Under the pieces are notes generated by a model. It had not been told where the DNA came from and ran no database searches. It was given only the letters and a program-made list of their open reading frames with translations. Shown here one piece after another: positions 56,666 to 64,000 of a DNA stretch of 64,000 bases. The position numbers were made by a program, and so were the translations under genes. Every line of letters begins with the position of its first letter. Positions within the stretch are counted from its first letter, which is position 1. Source of the DNA: a cyanobacterium endosymbiont of Rhopalodia gibba (GTDB lineage Bacteria; Cyanobacteriota; Cyanobacteriia; Cyanobacteriales; Microcystaceae); assembly GCA_045159875.1 (NCBI GenBank), contig CP067995.1, positions 128,001-192,000 on the forward strand. Reading direction: 5' to 3'.

Positions 56666-57898
56666 GTTCGATACTTTCCACTCATTTATAGCCCTAAGTC
56701 TCCCGTTTAGAAACTAATAGGACAAAAAGCTTAGTTTAAGTCATAGATAATCCTGATTTGTCTAAAAGACTAAAATCTGACCAGATGTAAGATTGTTAGA
56801 TTTTCTTTATATCTCAGCTAACGTAACATAAATTCCAGAAGGAACAGAACCACCCGGAGTTCACGGTTTAGGAACTAGTAAAAATTTATACTATTTTAGT
56901 TCTTGTCTTGTTGATAGAAAATATAGTTATTTTTTGAACTTTATACTTCAGACGTAGAAGTAGACGTGAGAAAAAAAATTCTAAAAAATAAATGAAAGAC
57001 ACGATAATAAACTATATTGTCAAACAAGTTATTCTAATAAGAATATGAGTGTTACGTTTTCTTAAAACACGGTTGTTATTCTCACTATCTAAGTCAACAT
57101 GAGATAAAATCAACAATTATCTCAAATAGTAATTGCCAATAATCAAGACTACAATTGTTGCTTGAAAACAGCAGCAAGTCAGGCTAACTCACCTTTTTAG
57201 CCTAAATAAAGAGAGATTTTTTTAGATAAATAGATATAAGCAATCAACCGAACAAAAAAGTTAATAAAACATTTCGATTTTTTGAATGTTTAATCTAAAA
57301 TTAATTTTCAAGTATCCGTCAACTGTTTCAATCAAAGAAGGCTTACAAGATTAAATTTTATCAATCAGTTAAGGTATCTATATCATCTAGAGCCTAACTC
57401 GCTCAAGAAGACAAGTTAATGAGTCGATAAAGAGTATAGACTCCTAGGAATTTAGAAAAATTCACTAGATAGTAACTAAGGTAAACACCAATTTTACGAT
57501 AACTTTTTCCCCAATTTTTTAGACCTTCTAATTTACTCAGATATTGAGCATAAGTAACTTCTAGAAAAAAATCCTAAACCATCGAGTTCAACCTCATTTT
57601 TTTCAAAGATAAAATGCTAAAAATAACAAATATTCTACTGATTAGAGTCAGCATAACTGACTGACCCTAATTAATTCTTTTGTTTATTGAAAATATTGTT
57701 TACTTCCCTTGTGCTTAATTTGGAGGATAATACTTTTTCCTAAAAAAGTATTTTTATGCTTACACAAGTTAATAATTTATAGAGGTTAAAACAATCAGAA
57801 TAACTTAAGAACATAAATGAAAAGTAAAAATTTTTTAGACACTAGAGTTTTTACTATTTTTCAACAACTTAAAAAATTTATGTTTTCCTTGCTTTTAT

Positions 57899-58474
57899 TT
57901 ATTCCTGTGTTTTTTCTTGATTACGATGACGTTTTTTCGTATAAAGTTGAATTGAAGCAGCTATTGTGATAATAAGAGTGAAAACTAGCAAAGTAGTCAA
58001 GTCTAATGGTAAATTTTTTTTAAAAACTGCTAGTAAAATAATTATGACCAATAATATGGTCGGAGCTTCATTCAAAGCGCGAAACTGTTGACTTGTCCAT
58101 TGACATTCTCCTTTCTCTAACTGTTTCATAATCCAGCCACAAAAGAAATGATAAGCTAAAAGTAGAACGACGAAAGCTAACTTAATATGTAACCATCCTA
58201 ACTTTAAGATTTCAGGTTTTGTAAAAATCAAACCAATAGCCATAGTTACTGTCATTACCATTCCTGGTGTGGTGATGATCTTATAGAGACGTTTTTCCAT
58301 AATTTCGTATTGAGTTTTAAGGATTGTTTGGGCAGGTTCAGGTTGTTGAGAAGCCTCCACATGGTAGACAAACAAACGGACTAAATAAAATAATCCTGCA
58401 AACCAAACCACAATACCAATAAGGTGAAAGGCTTTGAACCAAAAATAGATCATAATACTTGTTGATAATGACAT
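57899..58474 (-). CDS. hemJ: Protoporphyrinogen IX oxidase HemJ
   Basis: KAFHLIG.V.WFAGLFYL.RLFVYH and FRALNEAPT motifs. Confidence 0.95.
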   Translation of the reverse strand: MSLSTSIMIYFWFKAFHLIGIVVWFAGLFYLVRLFVYHVEASQQPEPAQTILKTQYEIMEKRLYKIITTPGMVMTVTMAIGLIFTKPEILKLGWLHIKLAFVVLLLAYHFFCGWIMKQLEKGECQWTSQQFRALNEAPTILLVIIILLAVFKKNLPLDLTTLLVFTLIITIAASIQLYTKKRHRNQEKTQE

Positions 58475-58800
58475 AAATTGAAACTAATTATTAATTGTGA
58501 GTGTATCGAGTTCTCTGAGAGTTACATAAAAATCTTCAACAAAAATTTATCGAAGACCTTAGATAACTTTTGAGACAATCTGTCTTTGTAGTACAAAATG
58601 TTTAGTTTTCTAAAATCTCAGGAACCAAATCAGCTCCTGATAGCAGATCTGCTTTTACAAGGAGCGGAACAAATCATCGCCTATTTTCCATCAGGTAGAC
58701 TGTATTGAGTTGACTTTAGACAAACCACCTATAGTGACTTAAGACCACCTTGAACTAGCTATAATCTAGAGGGACAATCGAGGAGTGAAACGGAATATAG

Positions 58801-60741
58801 ATGCATATACAAGGCAGTGTGTCATCGGTCGAGATTAACCCATTCAACCTTAGCAAGGCTATCTTGGCTAGCCAAGACTATTTACTTTCCTTACAATATC
58901 CTGACGGGTATTGGTGGGGGGAACTTGAGTCGAATATTACTCTAACAGCCGAAACTGTTCTACTTCATAAAATTTGGGGAACTGACACAATTCTTCCTCT
59001 TCATAAAGTAGAAACCTATCTCCGTCGTCAACAAAATGAACAGGGAGGATGGGAACTTTTTTATGGTGACGGTGGAGAAATTAGTACTTCTGTTGAAGCC
59101 TATATGGCTTTGCGTTTATTAGGAGTTTCTCAAGAAGATCCTGCATTAATTCGAGCTAAGGACTTTATTCTTAGTAAGGGTGGTATTAGTAAAACAAGGA
59201 TTTTTACCAAGTTTCATCTAGCTTTAGTTGGCTGTTATGACTGGAGAGGAATTCCTTCTATTCCTCCTTGGATTATATTATTTCCTAATAATTTTTTCTT
59301 CAATATTTATGAGATGTCTAGTTGGGCGAGAGAAAGTACAGTTCCCTTGTTAATTGTTTTTAATGAAAAGCCTGTTTTACAAATTGATCCAGCTTTTACG
59401 CTCGATGAATTATATACTGAGGAGATTACAAATGTAAAATATATTTTGCCTAGTAATAAGAATTGGTCGGATATTTTTCTGATATTAGATAAAGTCTTTA
59501 AATGGAGTAGAAAAAATAATTTAGTTCCCTTCTATAAAAAAAGTCTTCAAGCCTCAGAACAATGGATTTTAAACCATCAACAAGAAAGCGGAGATTGGGG
59601 AGGAATTATACCCCCAATGATCAACTCATTAATTGCTTTTCGGATACTCAATTATAATGTAGCAGATCCCTGTGTTCAAAGAGGATTTGAAGCCATCGCT
59701 CGTTTTTCCATTGAAGAAGAAGAAACATATCGTGTTCAAGCTTGTGTGTCTCCTGTTTGGGATACGGGTTGGGCGTTAAGATCTTTAGTTAAATCAGGGT
59801 TAAAACCGGATCATCAAGCTTTAGTTAAAGGAGGTCAATGGCTACTCAATCAACAAGTTCTTGACTATGGAGATTGGGCGATTAAAAATTTCCAAGGAAA
59901 ACCGGGGGGTTGGTCTTTTGAATTTAGGAACCGTTTCTATCCAGATATCGATGATTCTGCGGTAGTAGTTATGGCTTTACATGGCGTTAAATTGCCCGAC
60001 GAAAATCGCAAGCAAGCTGCTATTAATCGTTGTGTGGAATGGATGGCAACTATGCAATGTAAACCTGGGGGTTGGGCAGCTTTTGATGTGGATAATGATA
60101 AAAATTGGATCAATGAAATTCCCTATGCAGACTTGAAAGCCATGATCGATCCCAATACGGCTGATATCACTGCCAGAGTGTTGGAAATGTTAGGGTCTTG
60201 TGGCTTGGAAATGGACGGTGATCGCGTCCAAAAAGCTTTAACCTATTTAGACAAAGAACAAGAAGCTGATGGTAGCTGGTTTGGAAGATGGGGCGTAAAT
60301 TATATTTATGGAACCAGTGGAGTATTATCTGCTTTAGGGGTCATTGCTGCGGATACCCATAAACCCCAAATGGAAAAAGCCGTTAACTGGCTAATCAATT
60401 GTCAAAATACTGATGGAGGATGGGGTGAAACCTGTTGGAGTTACAATGACCCTTCCCTCAAAGGAATAGGAGTTAGTACTGCCTCTCAGACCGCTTGGTC
60501 CTTAATTGGATTATTGGACGCGGGGGAAGCATTAGGGACTTTTGCCACCGATGCTATAAAACGGGGTATTAACTATTTACTAGCTAGCCAAACGGTTGAG
60601 GGAACCTGGGAGGAAGTCGAGTTCACGGGAACAGGGTTTCCGTGTCATTTCTATATCCGTTATCACCTTTACTGCCATTATTTTCCGTTAATGGCCCTGG
60701 GCCGTTATTATAATCTATATATCGAAAATGTAATACTTTAA
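58801..60741 (+). CDS. shc: Squalene-hopene cyclase
   Basis: YPDIDDSA (DxDD), QW repeats, GTGFP motif. Confidence 0.97.
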   Translation: MHIQGSVSSVEINPFNLSKAILASQDYLLSLQYPDGYWWGELESNITLTAETVLLHKIWGTDTILPLHKVETYLRRQQNEQGGWELFYGDGGEISTSVEAYMALRLLGVSQEDPALIRAKDFILSKGGISKTRIFTKFHLALVGCYDWRGIPSIPPWIILFPNNFFFNIYEMSSWARESTVPLLIVFNEKPVLQIDPAFTLDELYTEEITNVKYILPSNKNWSDIFLILDKVFKWSRKNNLVPFYKKSLQASEQWILNHQQESGDWGGIIPPMINSLIAFRILNYNVADPCVQRGFEAIARFSIEEEETYRVQACVSPVWDTGWALRSLVKSGLKPDHQALVKGGQWLLNQQVLDYGDWAIKNFQGKPGGWSFEFRNRFYPDIDDSAVVVMALHGVKLPDENRKQAAINRCVEWMATMQCKPGGWAAFDVDNDKNWINEIPYADLKAMIDPNTADITARVLEMLGSCGLEMDGDRVQKALTYLDKEQEADGSWFGRWGVNYIYGTSGVLSALGVIAADTHKPQMEKAVNWLINCQNTDGGWGETCWSYNDPSLKGIGVSTASQTAWSLIGLLDAGEALGTFATDAIKRGINYLLASQTVEGTWEEVEFTGTGFPCHFYIRYHLYCHYFPLMALGRYYNLYIENVIL

Positions 60742-60742
60742 T

Positions 60743-60799
60743 AAGGTTACCAGAAGTGATAAGGTGGGAATCGCCTACCTTATCACTTCTGGTAACCTT
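60743..60799. terminator. Long hairpin between convergent shc and cyclophilin genes
   Basis: 23-bp perfect arms AAGGTTACCAGAAGTGATAAGGT / ACCTTATCACTTCTGGTAACCTT. Confidence 0.8.
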
Positions 60800-60864
60800 G
60801 AAACACTATATTAACTGCAGAGACAAAGAACCTTCCGTCCCTACTTTAATTTGATATTTTTTTG

Positions 60865-61359
60865 TTAGAGTTCACCACAATCAGTAATAACAACTTTTGC
60901 TGTTGTCTGTCCTCCATCAGTTCCAAATTTTTCCATCATTTCTACGATTTCATATCCTTTGGATACTTTGCCAAAAACGACGTGTTTACCATCTAGCCAG
61001 TTACAAGGAACAGTACAAATAAAAAATTGAGAGCCATTGGTATTAGGACCAGCATTAGCCATAGACAAAATTCCAGATTCAGTATGCTTGAGTTGAAAAT
61101 TTTCATCCTTGAAGGAGCTACCATAAATTGATTTACCTCCTGTGCCATCACCTCGGGTAAAATCACCCCCTTGACACATGAAGTTAGGAATGATGCGATG
61201 AAAAGTACTATTTTTGTATCCAAAACCGGCTTCTCTAGTACATAATTGACGAAAATTCTCAGCGGTTTTAGGGACAATATCAGTAAAAAGCTCAAATTCT
61301 ATACGGCCAGTCTTATGGGCATCAATTTCAATATCAAAAAATACAGTTGAATTCGCCAT
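60865..61359 (-). CDS. Cyclophilin-type peptidyl-prolyl isomerase (CypA-like)
   Basis: [33 protein letters not shown] and [10 protein letters not shown] motifs. Confidence 0.95.
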   Translation of the reverse strand: MANSTVFFDIEIDAHKTGRIEFELFTDIVPKTAENFRQLCTREAGFGYKNSTFHRIIPNFMCQGGDFTRGDGTGGKSIYGSSFKDENFQLKHTESGILSMANAGPNTNGSQFFICTVPCNWLDGKHVVFGKVSKGYEIVEMMEKFGTDGGQTTAKVVITDCGEL

Positions 61360-61875
61360 GGTAAAAGTTTTGGTATTTAAAATTAAAGGGATGATGCGAT
61401 AACAATAGATTTTACTTATTGAAATCCTCAGTCTTTGATTCTACTATAGATATGTCTACGATAGATTATTTATGAGAGATACAATCAGCTCTTCCGATAC
61501 TTGATTTAGTACAAACATTGGAAATAGTTATCAGATTTCATCTGATGGGTTAGAGTCCGTATAAAAAATTAATTAATTCCATCTAAAATTAACTAAATGT
61601 ACAATTATTAGAGGTATTTATACATTATTAGATTAACTTAAATCTATAGATATAGTCAGTCTGAAAGTGTAAAGCGATTATTACAAATGGAGATTGAAAA
61701 ATTTGTAGAACAGAGAGAATAGTCAGAATAAAAAATGGTTAACATAACTATTGCAAGACAATCAATTTCCCAGTTCAATTTAGACATATATACTTAGTGT
61801 CTTCGCCAATTTTTAATATTTAGACTGCCATTATCCCTATTGTATCTCTATTTCTTGAATTATCTAGATAAAAAG

Positions 61876-61911
61876 CCACCCTATCCGTTAGGACAGGGTG
61901 GATGAGGTCAC
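61876..61911 (+). other. GC-rich hairpin ending in TCAC (IS605-type end relic or terminator)
   Basis: CCACCCTATCC-gtta-GGACAGGGTGG followed by ATGAGGTCAC. Confidence 0.4.
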
Positions 61912-62177
61912 TGGTTCCATCCGAGGAGGAAATCTAAAAACTTTAGAACTAAATTTGCAGGGCGGCATCTCGGAATCACAGCATTATTTAATAGCGGTAA
62001 CACCATGAACCGAACACAAAGCTCTTCATACCTAAGCACAGAGACTGTGTAACTTCCAGCTTTTATTACACCCGTGTTTTGCGGCGATGAGATAATCAGA
62101 GTCAGGGATTTTTATCTTCCACATGCTCACAATATCTCAGCTTTTGTTCTCTTGCCGCTTCACCTAATAGGATGAAT

Positions 62178-62489
62178 TCAAAGGGTGACAGCTAAAAGAG
62201 TATCTAATTTATCAGTATCGTTGAGGGCATAAAGCGCATCACAGCCTCCAATATGTTCATTATTAATAAATATCTGAGGTACACTACGCTTTCCGTTAGA
62301 TCTTTGAGACATTTTATCTCTAGCTGCTTCGCTACCATCAATTTTATATTCAGTAAAGTTAACCCCTTTCCACCACAGAAGGAATTTTGCACGAATACAA
62401 AAAGGACAGGTTCGCCAAGTATAAATTTCAACGTCAGCGTTAATTTTTTCAGGATGACGGCCAAGAAAAGAGTTAATTGTGTTTAACAT
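62178..62489 (-). CDS. grxC: Glutaredoxin 3
   Basis: CPFC, SVPQIFI and IGGCD motifs. Confidence 0.93.
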   Translation of the reverse strand: MLNTINSFLGRHPEKINADVEIYTWRTCPFCIRAKFLLWWKGVNFTEYKIDGSEAARDKMSQRSNGKRSVPQIFINNEHIGGCDALYALNDTDKLDTLLAVTL

Positions 62490-62579
62490 GAGTTGAATCC
62501 TTAATTTGTAATGATTTATAGCCGAGATTATGGAATTTTCTTTGTAAATTTAGCTAATGATTGCATAGATGTTATTTTA

Positions 62580-63184
62580 ACTTAGTTTTGGTTAACGGAA
62601 TTTGTCAATATCCTTGATCCAATATCTTTAATTAATCCTTCCTAGCCATCGAAGATAGATGTCAATAAGGGATCACTTTTTTCTTTCGCTGTAACCTTAA
62701 CATTACCCATTACTCCACTTTGAGTAAATTTTTTTGTCAACTAAGTAAAGAGTAGTTTTCCTTTTATAGTCAGTAAACTATTTTGAGGTAAACTTTGAGA
62801 ATATTTTTTAACTCTTTTTTCTATTTTTACTTAGTTCAGCAATAAAAAAGTAGAACACTAGTTTCTACATTTTTTGCATAAATTCTATACTATAATTTGC
62901 GTTTAATTAACAACTCTTTAACAACATGAAGAACTCACCAAGTAAACAATAGTATAAACAGGGAAAAGCATAAGTGGAAATTCCTGATTCTAATTTTTAT
63001 AATTGCTTTCCCTAAAACCCCCATTCCAATCGCATAATCTACTACCATGGGCAAATGGACGCCATGTTGTCTGACTGCTTCTCCAGATCACACCATAACG
63101 ATATTTTTTAGATTTAACATCTCTTGAATATCTGTCCAAGTTAGACAGGTTATAAAGTATTTTAGGAGGAATAAAATCGTGCAT
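62580..63184 (-). pseudogene. Creatininase-family protein pseudogene
   Basis: MHDFIPP(fs)LTWTDIQEM..QHGVHLPMVVDYAIG..LYY; C-terminal TQSGVMG..KEK.D..IKDI. Confidence 0.8.
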
Positions 63185-63253
63185 AATAATATAAGTTTTA
63201 TTGCTAAAGTTATCTATATCTAGTTAATGTAATCACAAAGAAAATCTTAACTT

Positions 63254-63919
63254 TTAACGTTTGGCTTTATTTAAACGTGGAAATTGACGACGACGACGAT
63301 ACCAAGCTGAAACCCCTATTAACATTCCAGTTAATGTCAAACCACACAGTAGAGGCAAAATATTGCCTCGATTAAGAGACTTAAAACCAGCTCCTATCAT
63401 GATAAAAGGCAAAATTCCTGGAATAATTCCCAAGATAGTTCCAATCAAGTAATCTTGAAATCTAATTGATGTTAATCCTGCCGTAAAATTAACAATTCCA
63501 TAGGGAATAATTGGTAGTAAGCGAATAGCAAACAGATAAAATAAGCCACCCTGACGGATTTCTGCATCTATTACTTCCCATTTTTTGGCAAGTTTTCGCG
63601 TGACATATTTTCTTCCTAGGGTACGGGTGAAGGCGAAAGATAAAATGGCTGCCAACATGGCTGCAATCGTTGTCCAAAATACTCCCCACCCAATTCCAAA
63701 TAATGCTCCACCACTTAAATTGAGGGGAGTTGAAGGTAAAATTAGTAAAGTTGCTAAAATGTAGAGAGTTATGTAGATAATAGGAGCTAAAATTCCCATT
63801 TTATTAAGCCAAACTTGTAATTCTTCAACATCAATTTTCCAAATTAAAACTACCCCAACTCCAGTGATAGCTAAACAAAAAATTGTCAGTAAAATTATTC
63901 TTTGTTTCCCTTTGTCCAT
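63254..63919 (-). CDS. TVP38/TMEM64 (SNARE-associated, DedA superfamily) membrane protein
   Basis: LPSTPL...GG.LFG and RLLPIIPY..VNF.AGL motifs. Confidence 0.88.
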   Translation of the reverse strand: MDKGKQRIILLTIFCLAITGVGVVLIWKIDVEELQVWLNKMGILAPIIYITLYILATLLILPSTPLNLSGGALFGIGWGVFWTTIAAMLAAILSFAFTRTLGRKYVTRKLAKKWEVIDAEIRQGGLFYLFAIRLLPIIPYGIVNFTAGLTSIRFQDYLIGTILGIIPGILPFIMIGAGFKSLNRGNILPLLCGLTLTGMLIGVSAWYRRRRQFPRLNKAKR

Positions 63920-64000
63920 CTACTTTTTTCCTCACGAGATTTAAAGCTATAAGGTTATCATACTAAATCCGGTTATAAAAACATACTTATTTAGAAGAGA

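Noticed and set aside
27161..63184. Track ORFs 27161-27352, 39183-39449 and 62990-63184 (also 12625-12831) as stand-alone genes
   Set aside because: They are fragments of the glcD, natD, creatininase and GPH transporter pseudogenes
772..63689. Short ORFs overlapping real genes (772, 5754, 6739, 7738, 9433, 10720, 13371, 15169, 18330, 19174, 27508, 33959, 40729, 41247, 42636, 43151, 48053, 48988, 49450, 54239, 60993, 62204, 62253, 63489)
   Set aside because: Antisense or alternate-frame shadows of well-supported genes, with no recognisable motifs

Overview
AT-rich (roughly one-third GC by eye) DNA from a unicellular N2-fixing cyanobacterium of the Crocosphaera/Cyanothece type, showing heavy genome decay. 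Intact housekeeping genes (tal, hupSL, rsmA, aroE, rimM, gshB, mtnP, leuA, glmM, pheS, surE, uvrC, ictB, thiO-thiG, hemJ, shc, cyclophilin, grxC) are separated by long spacers. By manual translation many spacers are relics of lost genes (glcD, natD, a GPH sugar transporter, a GH13 glucosidase, a lipase, creatininase, ycf49/DUF3593, Uma2) or dead IS elements (IS607, IS701, IS200/IS605). This best fits a host-restricted diazotrophic endosymbiont such as a rhopalodiacean diatom spheroid body; that identity is inference. Highlights missing from the ORF track: an intact class-I glutamine riboswitch in front of a 53-aa IF7/IF17-like ORF, directional C->T erosion of HIP1 sites, and a transaldolase that has shed its EF-hand tail. 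No rRNA, tRNA or CRISPR array was recognised. Family assignments come from recalled motifs, not database searches, and pseudogene boundaries are approximate.
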